A DNA stretch of 64,000 nucleotides from an uncultured Anaerolineales bacterium (lineage in GTDB: Bacteria; Chloroflexota; Anaerolineae; B4-G1): the NCBI GenBank assembly GCA_964575455.1, contig CAZNRX010000001.1, forward strand, positions 112,527-176,526. The letters are read 5' to 3'. Of the stretch, positions 29,310 through 39,812 are shown piece after piece (positions within the stretch are counted from its first letter, which is position 1; every line of letters begins with the position of its first letter). The position numbers and the translations under genes were made by a program. Below the pieces are notes generated by a model, which made no database searches, had not been told where the DNA came from, and saw nothing but the letters and a program-made list of their open reading frames with translations.

Positions 29310-30543
29310 GAGACGTCGAGCGACTGGCCATCCTGACTATGGCCTCATTCTGGTGGTCACGGGCCTGATCATCGTCGGCCTGATGATGGTCTACAGCGCG
29401 ACCTTCGACTGGTCCTATCAGGAGCACGGTAGCTCCTTTCACATCGCCTTCCGGCAACTCCAGTGGGTGCTCATCGGCGTCGTGGTGCTTGTTGTGCTCA
29501 CGCTCGTCCCGTATGAATGGTGGCAGGAGAAGGCCGTGCCCATTATGGGGGGCACGCTGCTTCTGTTGATACTCGTCCTCATTGTGGGGAAGGAGCGCTT
29601 CGGCGCTAAGCGATCTCTGTGGAATGGCTCCATCCATCCCGGGGAGCTGGCGAAGCTGACCCTGGTCATCTACGTCGCTGCCTGGCTCTCCTCCAAGGGC
29701 GACCAGATCCGTCACGTCTCCTATGGCCTGATACCTTTCGCCGTCCTGATCGGCCTGGTGGCCGGTTTGATCGTGGCGCAGCCGGACCTGGGAACCGCCG
29801 TGCTGATCGCGCTGACGTCTTTTGCCGTTTTCTTCTTCGCCGGGGCTGAGATCCTTCAGCTTGCCGGCGGAGGCGTCGTCGCCGTGATCACGTTTCTGTC
29901 TCTGATCAGCAAGTTCCCGCACGCCGCGGATCGTATCACCGAGTGGATCAAGGCGTGGAGGGATCCGGAGCTGGCCGGCTATCACATCCGACAGACCCTG
30001 ATCGCCCTGGGCAGCGGGGGGCCGCTTGGGGTCGGGCTAGGGCAGGGACAGCAGAAACTCGGCTACCTGCCCACGCACCATACCGACGCGATCTTCGCCG
30101 TGCTCGGTGAGGAGACCGGTCTGTTGGGGTGTCTTCTGGTGATTGGGCTGTTTGTCCTGTTTGCCTATCGAGGTTTCAGGATCACGATCGATGCTCGGGA
30201 CCCCTTTGCCGCGCTCCTGGCGTGTGGGGTCACCTGTTGGATCACGTTCCAGGCGCTGATCAACGTGGGCGTTGTGACGGGGTTGCTCCCCTTTACGGGC
30301 ATGGCGCTGCCGTTTATCAGCTCTGGTGGCTCCGGGATGGTCACCTCACTGGCCGGCGTGGGGTTGTTGCTCAGCGTTTCACGCGGCCGAAGCACCAGCA
30401 GAGTCACGAATGGACGGACGTCAAGGATGTTCGACAGGCGGGAGGAGAGTCGTCAGTATGCGAGTCTGGATCGCCGGTGGGGGAACAGGGGGACACGTGT
30501 ATCCCGGCCTCGCCGTCGTGCAGGCACTTCGCGCCGAGAATGA
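29302..30543 (+). CDS. ftsW: SEDS-family peptidoglycan glycosyltransferase FtsW.
   Basis: ~10 TM and 'GLPFISSGGSG'-type SEDS motifs. The ATG overlaps the murD end. The C-terminal ~28 codons overlap murG in another frame, so the true stop may be earlier. Confidence 0.8.
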   Translation: MDKRRRATGHPDYGLILVVTGLIIVGLMMVYSATFDWSYQEHGSSFHIAFRQLQWVLIGVVVLVVLTLVPYEWWQEKAVPIMGGTLLLLILVLIVGKERFGAKRSLWNGSIHPGELAKLTLVIYVAAWLSSKGDQIRHVSYGLIPFAVLIGLVAGLIVAQPDLGTAVLIALTSFAVFFFAGAEILQLAGGGVVAVITFLSLISKFPHAADRITEWIKAWRDPELAGYHIRQTLIALGSGGPLGVGLGQGQQKLGYLPTHHTDAIFAVLGEETGLLGCLLVIGLFVLFAYRGFRITIDARDPFAALLACGVTCWITFQALINVGVVTGLLPFTGMALPFISSGGSGMVTSLAGVGLLLSVSRGRSTSRVTNGRTSRMFDRREESRQYASLDRRWGNRGTRVSRPRRRAGTSRRE

Positions 30544-31633
30544 TGACGCTGGCGTCGGCGCCCGTCCCCGGGCCGACATAGACGTCACCTACATCGGCGG
30601 AGAAGGAGGCATTGAGGAGACACTGGCCAAGCGGGCGGATGTTCGCTTCGTCGGCATTCCGGCCGGCGGTGTGCACGGTCTGGCGCCGTGGCGGGCGGTA
30701 CAGAACCTTTTCAAGTTGATTCGCGGCTGGTGGGCTGCCTACCGGCTTGGGCGTCGAGCCCCTGTGCGCCCATCGGCGCTCTTCGCCACCGGCGGCTACG
30801 CCAGCGTGCCCGTGGCGCTGGCGGCCTGGATGCTGCGCGTGCCCATTCTCGTCTACCTGCCCGACGTGGAGCCAGGGCTCGCCGTTCGCTTCATCGCCCG
30901 GCTGGCGTCGAAGGTTGCGGTCACGGTGGAGGACTCGCGGGCCTACTTCCCTGACCACAAGGTTGTGGTGAGCGGGTACCCGGTGCGGGCGGCCTTCCGG
31001 CGCATCCAGAGTGACGTGGGGCAGGTGGAGGCGCGGCGAACGCTGGGGCTGGCATCCCTGGCTCTGCAGGGGTCTGTGACCCCTGACGAGGATCCTGTCC
31101 TTCTCGTCATGGGCGGGAGCCGTGGGGCGCGCAGCATCAATCGCGCCTTGAGTGAGATTCTGGAGCAGGTACTGGAGATGGCGCAGGTGATACATTTGAC
31201 TGGCGAGCTGGATTGGGACTGGGCCTCCGAGCAGCGGGACGCGCTGCCCGCACGGCTGCGGGAGCGCTATGCTGCCTTTCCCTACCTGCACGAGATGGGG
31301 TATGCGCTGACCACTGCGGATCTCGCGCTCTGTCGGGCGGGAGCCTCGACCCTGGGGGAGCTTCCCTTCTTCGGGCTGCCCGCCATTCTGGTGCCGTACC
31401 CGCACGCATGGCGCTATCAGCGGGTGAACGCGGCATGGTTGACGGAGCGAAGGGCGGCGGTCACGTTGAGGGATGAGCGCTTGGAGGACGACTTGCTTTC
31501 GACACTGCGGAATCTCTTGACGGACGAAGAACGGCTGGCGCAGATGGGGGATCGGGCTCGGGCGCTCTCTCGGCCCGATGCAGCGGCTCGTCTGGCGGAG
31601 GCCTTCCTTAACACGAAGATCACGAAACCCTAG
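30458..31633 (+). CDS. murG: Undecaprenyldiphospho-muramoylpentapeptide beta-N-acetylglucosaminyltransferase MurG.
   Basis: 'WIAGGGTGGHVYPGLAV' GT28 N-terminus. GGAGGAGAG RBS at 30441-30449. Confidence 0.9.
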   Translation: MRVWIAGGGTGGHVYPGLAVVQALRAENDDAGVGARPRADIDVTYIGGEGGIEETLAKRADVRFVGIPAGGVHGLAPWRAVQNLFKLIRGWWAAYRLGRRAPVRPSALFATGGYASVPVALAAWMLRVPILVYLPDVEPGLAVRFIARLASKVAVTVEDSRAYFPDHKVVVSGYPVRAAFRRIQSDVGQVEARRTLGLASLALQGSVTPDEDPVLLVMGGSRGARSINRALSEILEQVLEMAQVIHLTGELDWDWASEQRDALPARLRERYAAFPYLHEMGYALTTADLALCRAGASTLGELPFFGLPAILVPYPHAWRYQRVNAAWLTERRAAVTLRDERLEDDLLSTLRNLLTDEERLAQMGDRARALSRPDAAARLAEAFLNTKITKP

Positions 31634-31643
31634 GTGGTGTGAC

Positions 31644-32168
31644 ATGATGCCCTTGGACACAGCTTTGTTCACCTTCGTCTTGCTCTTCGGCCTGATGGGT
31701 GCTTTGCGAGGATGGTCAAAGGAGATGCTTGTGCTTTTCAGCGTCATCCTGGCGCTGGCCGTGCGCCTCATCTTCAGCCAGTACGTTCCCATTGCCAGGG
31801 AGTTCTTCGATCGTCCCCCGGTGGAGCAGTTCTATCTCTACTCCGGGTTGATTATCCTCATGGCCATCGCCGGCTACGCCGGCCCCGCGGTCTCGGGGCG
31901 ACTGGCCGGTGTCTCCGCGCGCGAGACGCTTCAGGACATCATGTTGGGATTCATCATCGGTGCGCTCAACGGCTTTCTGATCGTCGGCTCGATCTGGTAC
32001 TTCTTGGACGCCGCTGGCTACGGCGTCTTGGGGATCGCCGAGCCGGCACCGGGTTCACTGGCCGCGGCGATAGCCATCAAGTACCTGCCGCCTTTGTGGC
32101 TGTCCGACGCCGTCTTGTTGACCGTTTTCTCTTTCGCATCGGTCTTCGTCATCATTGTGCTCGTTTAG
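31644..32168 (+). CDS. CvpA-family (colicin V production-like) membrane protein inserted in the dcw cluster.
   Basis: 4-TM protein; 'FGLMGALRGWSKEMLVLFSV' resembles the CvpA N-terminal motif. Confidence 0.5.
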   Translation: MMPLDTALFTFVLLFGLMGALRGWSKEMLVLFSVILALAVRLIFSQYVPIAREFFDRPPVEQFYLYSGLIILMAIAGYAGPAVSGRLAGVSARETLQDIMLGFIIGALNGFLIVGSIWYFLDAAGYGVLGIAEPAPGSLAAAIAIKYLPPLWLSDAVLLTVFSFASVFVIIVLV

Positions 32169-32181
32169 CAGTGGAAGAGGC

Positions 32182-33672
32182 ATGTCCGATATCTCTGACA
32201 AGCACGTTCATTTGATAGGCATCGGCGGAGCGGGCCTTTCGGCAATCGCGCGCGTGCTGTTGGAGCAGGGCGCCGCGGTCTCTGGATCTGATCTGGTCGT
32301 CTCGCCGGTAGCGCAGGCTTTGGCGCGCGATGGCGCCTTGGTCTGCGAGGGGCACGATGCCGAGAACGTCACACGCTGGCGGCACGCTGTCGACGTGGTC
32401 GTCGCCTCCTCGGCCGTCCCGGAGGACAACGTGGAGATTCAGGCAGCGCGTGCCTACAGTATCCCCGTCTTTAGGCGGCCTGCCTTTCTTGGCCAGATGA
32501 TGGAGGGGAAGCAAGGCGTGGCGGTGGCCGGCACGCACGGCAAGACGACCACGACGGCCATGGTCGCCGTTATCCTGTTGGAGGCTGGCTGCGATCCCAC
32601 CTTCATCGTCGGTGGTGTGCTGGCCGACCTGAAGACGAACGCCCGGGCTGGCGACGGCCCACTGTTCTTGATAGAGGCCGATGAGTATGACCGCACGTTT
32701 CTCAGCTTGAAGCCCGACCTGGCCGTGATCACCAACGTGGAGCACGACCATCCGGACTGCTATCCCACGTTCGACGACTTTCGGTCGGCGTTCGAGTCGT
32801 TTGCGGCCCTGGTACCAGGCGGAGGCCTGCTGGCCGTCTGTGTGGACGATCCCGTGGCGCGCGCCATCGGACAGGGTCGCGCCCAGCTCGCGGAGTCTCG
32901 CCCAGCTCGTGGCGCGTCTCGCAACGACGAGCTCGCAGAGCCGGAGGGCCCCCCGTCGGTCAGGTTCTTTGGGCTGGGCGAGGGGGCGACCTGGCGGGCG
33001 GAGGAGATCCATGCCAACTTTGCCGGTGGCGTCGATTTCCTGGCTGTCCACCGCGACGAGACGCTGGGCCTGGTGCGGCTTCGCGTGCCCGGGGGCCATA
33101 ACGCCTCCAATGCGATGGCGGCTTTGGCGGTGACGGATTTCCTGGGCGTTCCCTTTCGTGTAGCACGAGAGGCGTTAACTGGCTTCCGGGGGGTTGCGCG
33201 CCGCTTCGAGGTCAAGGGAATGGTGGATGGCGTGGTGGTGATCGATGATTATGCTCATCATCCCACCGAGATTCGAGCCACCCTGCGGGCCGCCAAGGAG
33301 CGTTTCCCGGAGCGGCGGATCTGGGCAGTATGGCAGCCGCACACGTACAGCCGCACCAAGGAGCTGCTGGATGGGTTTGCGTCGTCGTTTGACGATGCTG
33401 ATCGCGTCGTCGTGCTCCCCATCTACCCAGCTCGCGAGACCGATACGCTGGGGGTCAGTGCTGGCGACGTCGTGGACGCTATGGATCATGCGGCGTCGGC
33501 GCCGGTCGATGCGCGTGTTGCGGGGTCGATGGACGCGGCGATGGACGAGCTGCGGGCCGCCGTGCAGTCGGGCGACGTGGTGCTGACGCTTGGCGCGGGC
33601 GATGGCGATCAGGTTGGCGAACGGTTGCTGGCTTGGCTGGGAGGGAAGCGTGATGTTCTGGAAGATGGGTGA
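32182..33672 (+). CDS. murC: UDP-N-acetylmuramate--L-alanine ligase MurC.
   Basis: 'HLIGIGGAGLSAIA' and 'GTHGKTTTT' motifs. Has a ~25-aa low-complexity insertion ('AQLAESRPARGASRNDELAEPEGPP'). Confidence 0.9.
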   Translation: MSDISDKHVHLIGIGGAGLSAIARVLLEQGAAVSGSDLVVSPVAQALARDGALVCEGHDAENVTRWRHAVDVVVASSAVPEDNVEIQAARAYSIPVFRRPAFLGQMMEGKQGVAVAGTHGKTTTTAMVAVILLEAGCDPTFIVGGVLADLKTNARAGDGPLFLIEADEYDRTFLSLKPDLAVITNVEHDHPDCYPTFDDFRSAFESFAALVPGGGLLAVCVDDPVARAIGQGRAQLAESRPARGASRNDELAEPEGPPSVRFFGLGEGATWRAEEIHANFAGGVDFLAVHRDETLGLVRLRVPGGHNASNAMAALAVTDFLGVPFRVAREALTGFRGVARRFEVKGMVDGVVVIDDYAHHPTEIRATLRAAKERFPERRIWAVWQPHTYSRTKELLDGFASSFDDADRVVVLPIYPARETDTLGVSAGDVVDAMDHAASAPVDARVAGSMDAAMDELRAAVQSGDVVLTLGAGDGDQVGERLLAWLGGKRDVLEDG

Positions 33673-33888
33673 GGATCATCAGGAGGGCGGATCACTGATA
33701 GGGCGCTTGAGGGGGGTGCGCAAGCGGAAGCGGAGCCGGTCGGCGGGTGACCGTGACCCGGGTGGCGGTGTCGATCCCTATGCCTGCAGCGTGGTGGCGT
33801 CCAAGATGAAGCTGGTGAAGGCTGGGCGGAGGCGCGATGCCGGCCGGCGGCGGGATCTCCGTGGCTGACCAGCGACAGCGCCTCGGCG

Positions 33889-34854
33889 ATGAGGGGGCGT
33901 TCAGTGGATGACGCAGTGACCGCCTCGGCGGGTGCAGCGCAGCACGTCCCCGAACCGGCCGCACTGGATGCCCTGGCCGAAGCGCTGGGGCCGCGCGTGC
34001 AGCGGGGGGTGCGGCTGGCGCGTTTCATCGCGATGGGCGTCGGCGGGCCGGCCGATCTCTTGACGGTCGTCGAGAGCTCGGATGGTCTGGCTCGCGCGGT
34101 TGGAGCGGCCCGGCGACACGCCGTCCCCTTCCGGGTGCTGGGCGGCGGCTGCAACGTGCTGGTCGCCGATCAAGGCGTGCGAGGGTTGGTGATTGTCAAT
34201 CGGGCGGCGTCCGTCTCGTTCGAGGACGGTGTGGTACACGCGGAGTCTGGGATGAAGCTGGCCTTTCTGGCGCGAAAGGCGGTCGATAGCGGTCTGGGCG
34301 GTTTGGCCTGGGCTGCTGGCCTGCCGGGTACCGTCGGTGGGGCTGTCGTGGGGAACGCGGGTGCCTTCGATGGCGACATTGCGGGCACGCTGCGCAGCGG
34401 TGCGGTGCTGGAGCCCAATGGCGAGGTTGTGGAGAGGGAGAACGCGTGGTTTGACTTCGCCTATCGCAGCAGTCGGCTCAAGGGGGACGCCGTCACCCGG
34501 CACGTGGTGCTGGCGGCTGCGTTTGAGCTGGAGCCGGGCGAGAGGGCCGCGTTGAGGGCGCGAGCCGACGAGGTGTTGGCATGGCGCAGGGCACACCATC
34601 CCTCGGGCGCTACGATGGGCTCGACGTTCAAGAACTCACCGGATCACTACGCCGGACAGCTCGTCGAACAGGCGGGCCTGAAGGGTTATCGCGTTGGTGG
34701 GGCCAGGATCTCGGAGCAGCACGCCAATTTTCTGATCAACGATGGGGACGCCACGGCCAGCGATGTGTTGGCTCTCATCGAGCACGCTCAGGCAGAGGTG
34801 GCGCGGCAGTTTGGCGTGGAGCTTGCGCTGGAGATCGAGTTGCTGGGCTGGTGA
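33889..34854 (+). CDS. murB: UDP-N-acetylenolpyruvoylglucosamine reductase MurB.
   Basis: FAD-binding 'MGVGGPADLL' and 'LGGGCNVLV' motifs. The start is uncertain because the reading frame stays open upstream. Confidence 0.85.
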   Translation: MRGRSVDDAVTASAGAAQHVPEPAALDALAEALGPRVQRGVRLARFIAMGVGGPADLLTVVESSDGLARAVGAARRHAVPFRVLGGGCNVLVADQGVRGLVIVNRAASVSFEDGVVHAESGMKLAFLARKAVDSGLGGLAWAAGLPGTVGGAVVGNAGAFDGDIAGTLRSGAVLEPNGEVVERENAWFDFAYRSSRLKGDAVTRHVVLAAAFELEPGERAALRARADEVLAWRRAHHPSGATMGSTFKNSPDHYAGQLVEQAGLKGYRVGGARISEQHANFLINDGDATASDVLALIEHAQAEVARQFGVELALEIELLGW

Positions 34855-34913
34855 ACACGAAGTGTACGAAACATGACACGAAGTGCGCGAATGCGGGGAG
34901 GGAGGATCTGTTG

Positions 34914-36086
34914 ATGCGCAGGATCCGTGTGGGGGTTATCTTCGGTGGGTGTTCAGGGGAGCATGAGGTGTCGCTTCAGTCTGCCCGGTCCGTTATGGAC
35001 GCCATGGACAAGGAGAAGTATGAGGTCGTGCCCGTCGGTATCACCAAAGATGGCCGCTGGATCGCGTCAGGCGACCCGATGCGAGCTCTGAGGACCGGAG
35101 ATTTCAGCGCCAGCCAGCCCGCCGCGCTGCTGAGCGATCCCGGGTCGACGGGCGATCTCGCCCAGGTAGCCGGTTCAACGCAGTCCCCGCGGCAGAGATT
35201 GATGCGTCTTGATGAGAGAGGCCAGGCGATAGAAGCGACCCCGCTGGCGCAGCTCGACGTCGTCTTCCCGGTCCTTCATGGACCCTATGGCGAGGACGGC
35301 ACCGTCCAGGGCCTGCTTGAGTTGGCCGGGCTTCCCTACGTCGGCGCCCCGGTGACCGCCTCTGCGGTGGCGATGGATAAGGTGATCTTCAAGGACGTGA
35401 TGCGCGCGCACGGGTTGCCCATTGTGGAGCACGTGATGGTGAAGCGCAAGACGTGGGAGGCCGATCCCGAGAGCATCCTGGCCCAGGTCGAGGAGCGGTT
35501 TGCGTATCCGGTCTTCACCAAGCCAGCCAATCTTGGGTCGAGCGTCGGCATCTCCAAGTGTCACGAACGGGCCGGGTTAGGGGCTGGCCTGCGGGAGGCG
35601 GCCCGCTACGACCGGAAGCTGCTCGTCGAGCCGGCTGTGCCAGCGGCACGAGAGATTGAGGTCAGCGTCCTGGGCAATGATGATCTGGTCGCTTCCGTTC
35701 CTGGGGAGATCGTCCCCAGCCGCGAGTTCTACAGCTACGAGGCCAAGTACATGGACGTCGGCGAGGAGGCCTCCGATCTGTTGATCCCCGCCCCCCTCTC
35801 TCCAGAGATGACCCGGCGCGTGCAGGATATCGCGGTGCAGACCTACCGCGCTATCGACTGCGCCGGTATGGCGCGCGTCGATTTCCTGCTCTCGGGCGAG
35901 ACAGAGGCGTTGTACGTGAACGAGGTTAATACCATCCCTGGCTTCACCAGCATCAGCATGTACCCTAAGCTGTGGGAGGCCAGCGGTCTGCCCTACCCGG
36001 AGCTGATCGATCGCTTGATTGAGCTGGCGCTCGAGCGCCAGCGCGATAAGGCCCGCATAGAGATATCGTATCGAACCGGGGAGTGA
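34914..36086 (+). CDS. ddl: D-alanine--D-alanine ligase.
   Basis: 'IRVGVIFGGCSGEHEVSLQSA' N-terminus and ATP-grasp motifs. GGGAGGGAGGA RBS at 34896-34906. The listed ORF's first 111 codons overlap murB and the repeat array and are not coding. Confidence 0.88.
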   Translation: MRRIRVGVIFGGCSGEHEVSLQSARSVMDAMDKEKYEVVPVGITKDGRWIASGDPMRALRTGDFSASQPAALLSDPGSTGDLAQVAGSTQSPRQRLMRLDERGQAIEATPLAQLDVVFPVLHGPYGEDGTVQGLLELAGLPYVGAPVTASAVAMDKVIFKDVMRAHGLPIVEHVMVKRKTWEADPESILAQVEERFAYPVFTKPANLGSSVGISKCHERAGLGAGLREAARYDRKLLVEPAVPAAREIEVSVLGNDDLVASVPGEIVPSREFYSYEAKYMDVGEEASDLLIPAPLSPEMTRRVQDIAVQTYRAIDCAGMARVDFLLSGETEALYVNEVNTIPGFTSISMYPKLWEASGLPYPELIDRLIELALERQRDKARIEISYRTGE

Positions 36087-36090
36087 GTCC

Positions 36091-36981
36091 ATGACCAAGT
36101 CTTGGAGTCCCAACACGAAGCGCAGCCGCAGGCGGAGCGATAGACGCTACGACAGAGGTGGAGCGGTGGTCCTGAATCGCGTGAAGCTCGGTCAGGCGCC
36201 GGTCTCTCTGCACAGAATCCGCTGGACGCAGCGAGGGCTTTGGATGCTCCTGGCCTTGGCCATCCTGGGGGGCGCGTTGGGGCTATGGCTCACCGTGGAC
36301 GCTCGCTTCTACATCTACGATGCGGAGATCGTCGGCAACCGTCGTCTGTCGCACCAGGAGGTCTTCGAGGCCAGTGGGCTATGGGGGCTGCACATTCTCT
36401 GGGCTCGATCCGCGACCATCGAGTCACGAATCCTGGAAGCGTTGCCCTCGCTGGAGAGCGTCACGACCAGCTGCAGCTTGCCCTCGGCGTGCACCATCTC
36501 CGTCGTGGAGCGCCGGCCTCGCGTCCTGTGGGATGAGCGGTCTGGGGCCTCGGGTGGGCTTTGGTGGATCGACGAGGAGGGTGCCATCTTCCCCGGGACG
36601 GCGTCTGTTCCCGTCCAGGATGATGGGGCCGGTACGGGCGGCCTGGAGGGCGCTGCCGGGGGATGGATGGTGACTGGCCCCCTGCCGCGCGAGGAGGGGC
36701 AGGTCCAGGACCATCTTGACGAACAGGTGCGCGTGGCGTTGACCGAGTTGTGGGAGAGCGGGAGAGATCTGTCAACGGCGTTTCAGTACTCCCCCGAGCA
36801 CGGATTGAGCTTCGTTGATGAACACGGATGGCGCATCATTGTGGGACGAGGACCTGGGATGGCTCGTCGTCTACAGGCCTTGGAGCTCTTGGTGGCGCAT
36901 CTCGAATCGCGCGACGTGACGCCTCGCTTTGTGGATGTGCGGTTTGCAGAAGCGCCCTACTACGTGCCTGCAGCGGAGTAA
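36091..36981 (+). CDS. ftsQ: Cell division protein FtsQ/DivIB (POTRA domain).
   Basis: Basic cytoplasmic N-terminus, single TM 'LWMLLALAILGGALGLWL', then a POTRA-like domain; conserved position before ftsA. Confidence 0.75.
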   Translation: MTKSWSPNTKRSRRRSDRRYDRGGAVVLNRVKLGQAPVSLHRIRWTQRGLWMLLALAILGGALGLWLTVDARFYIYDAEIVGNRRLSHQEVFEASGLWGLHILWARSATIESRILEALPSLESVTTSCSLPSACTISVVERRPRVLWDERSGASGGLWWIDEEGAIFPGTASVPVQDDGAGTGGLEGAAGGWMVTGPLPREEGQVQDHLDEQVRVALTELWESGRDLSTAFQYSPEHGLSFVDEHGWRIIVGRGPGMARRLQALELLVAHLESRDVTPRFVDVRFAEAPYYVPAAE

Positions 36982-37075
36982 AACGGGACACGAAAGGCGC
37001 GAAGAACGACACGAAAGGCGCAAAGCACGACGCGAAGGACGCGAAGGATGAAGGGCACGAATGGGGTGCAGACCG
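36982..37075 (+). repeat. Phased CACGAA-type direct-repeat array (21-bp units 'gacacgaaaggcgcgaagaac' x2 plus degenerate copies) in the ftsQ-ftsA gap.
   Basis: Units at 36988-37008 and 37009-37029 differ by 2 nt, then 'gacgcgaaggacgcgaaggatgaagggcacgaatgg'. CGAA cores recur every 10-11 bp. Confidence 0.85.
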
Positions 37076-37116
37076 CAGAGGTGAAGCGCCTTTTCTGAAG
37101 TGGGGAGTGTAGAGCC

Positions 37117-38337
37117 GTGGAACGAACGGTAGTCGGTATCGATGTCGGCTCCAGCAAAATATGCACGATGGTGGGAGAGGTCCGTGATAACGGCGACCTG
37201 CGTGTCGTCGGCGTTGGCCTGGTCACGGCGCGTGGCCTGCGCAAGGGCGTGGTGGTCAACGTGGATGAGGCCACGGAGGCACTCGCCGCCTCGGTCGCTG
37301 AGGCCGAGCGCTCCTCCGGGTACAAGCTTGAGCGGGCCTATGTGAGCGTCAGCGGCGAGCACATCTCATCGCTAAACAGCCAGGGTGTGGTCGGTGTCTC
37401 CCATCGCCGTTCAGGCATCACCATCGATGACGTGGAGAGGGCGCTGGACGCCGCTTGTGCCATCACGGTGTCGCACAACCAGGAGGTCATCCACGTGATC
37501 CCGCGTGGCTACGTGGTCGACGGGCAGGGCGGCGTGCAGGATCCCATCGGCATGCACGGCTTCCGCCTGGAGGTTGAGGCTCACCTCGTCACGGCCTCCT
37601 CCACGGCGATCCAGAATCTGTTGAAGTGCGTACGTCAGGCCGGCCTGGAGGCCGACGAGGTCGTCTCGGCGGGGATAGCCGCTGGCGACGCCGTCCTGGC
37701 GGAGACGGAGCGTGAGATGGGGGTGGTGCTAGCCGATATCGGCGCTGGTACCACCGACGTGGCTATCTTCATCGATGGCACTGTGTGGCACACGGTCACG
37801 CTGGGCATCGGTGGCGCCTACGTCACACAGGACATCGCCATCGGGCTTCGTCTGCCTCCGTCTGTCGCTGAGGAGATCAAGGTGAAGCACGGACATGCCC
37901 TTCCGACTCAGGTGGACAACGACGAGGTGTTCACCGTCTCCTCCTTCGGCGACGAGTTCAGCCAGGAGGTGCCGCGGTGGAAGCTGGCCAGCATCGTTCA
38001 GGCGCGGGCTGAGGAGATTCTCTCCATGATCAACAAGGAGATCAAGCGCTCGGGGTACGACGGCCTGCTGCCGGCCGGCGTGGTGCTCTCCGGTGGCACA
38101 GCGCAGCTCCTCGGCATGCGAACCCTGGGGCGGCAAGTGCTCGGCCTGCCTGTGCGCCTGGGCAGCCCCAGGAACCTCCATGGCCTGGTCGATGCCGTCA
38201 GCAACCCGGCGCACGCCGTGGGGGCGGGATTGTTGACCTGGGGGAGCACGGAGGAGGCCCGTCCACAGCTCAAGGTCCGGCCCGGGCCTGGCGGCGGGGC
38301 GCGCATCCTCAAATGGCTGCGGACGTTGCTTCCGTAA
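37117..38337 (+). CDS. ftsA: Cell division protein FtsA.
   Basis: 'VVGIDVGSSKI' actin-fold phosphate-1 motif and 'DIGAGTTDVAIF' phosphate-2 motif. Confidence 0.92.
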   Translation: MERTVVGIDVGSSKICTMVGEVRDNGDLRVVGVGLVTARGLRKGVVVNVDEATEALAASVAEAERSSGYKLERAYVSVSGEHISSLNSQGVVGVSHRRSGITIDDVERALDAACAITVSHNQEVIHVIPRGYVVDGQGGVQDPIGMHGFRLEVEAHLVTASSTAIQNLLKCVRQAGLEADEVVSAGIAAGDAVLAETEREMGVVLADIGAGTTDVAIFIDGTVWHTVTLGIGGAYVTQDIAIGLRLPPSVAEEIKVKHGHALPTQVDNDEVFTVSSFGDEFSQEVPRWKLASIVQARAEEILSMINKEIKRSGYDGLLPAGVVLSGGTAQLLGMRTLGRQVLGLPVRLGSPRNLHGLVDAVSNPAHAVGAGLLTWGSTEEARPQLKVRPGPGGGARILKWLRTLLP

Positions 38338-38430
38338 CGCGAAGGGCACGAAACAGAAGACGAAGAGCGTGAAATAGAGCACGAAGGGCACGAAGCACGA
38401 AACACACGAAACACTATGGGCACGAGATAG
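38338..38430 (+). repeat. Second phased CACGAA/CGAAG repeat array (ftsA-ftsZ intergenic region).
   Basis: 'cgcgaagggcacgaaacagaagacgaagagcgtgaaatagagcacgaagggcacgaagcacgaaacacacgaaacac' with cores spaced ~10 bp. Confidence 0.85.
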
Positions 38431-38508
38431 GGGAGCAAGCAGAGCAACACATCGAGCTGAAAAGGGGACAGAATGGCACTCTCGCATCACGACATTGGAG
38501 GAGGAACA

Positions 38509-39585
<1,077 letters not shown>

Positions 39586-39812
39586 CGTCTCTGCGCTTCA
39601 CTGGCGCGCAGGCACGAGAAGAGTGCGCGGGGAGCGCGGGTCCGGTCTTCTGGCGGTGCGTCACTTTCCGCGCGCAGCGGATCTGCCACGGGCCATCGGC
39701 CCGTCCGCCGTCGCGGCCCGCTGTTGCGACGCCTGTCTCAGACTTGTCGGTCGTGTGCTGAGAGCTGTTCTATATCTTGCGTAGGCTTGTGCTCGATAGT
39801 GGGGCCTGGCGG

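Noticed and set aside
33590-33868. 92-aa ORF in the murC-murB gap.
   Set aside because: It overlaps the murC 3' end in another frame, is Arg-rich and has no RBS. The gap more likely holds the murB leader or an N-terminal extension of MurB.
36828-37112. 94-aa + strand ORF reading through the CACGAA array (…TKGAKNDTKGAKHDAKDAKDEGHEWG…).
   Set aside because: It overlaps the ftsQ 3' end in another frame. The open frame is a by-product of the T-poor repeat, which has no stop codons; there is no RBS.
34855-38430. Possibility that the CACGAA arrays are CRISPR arrays.
   Set aside because: Units are only 10-21 bp, degenerate, contiguous without unique spacers, and no cas genes are nearby.
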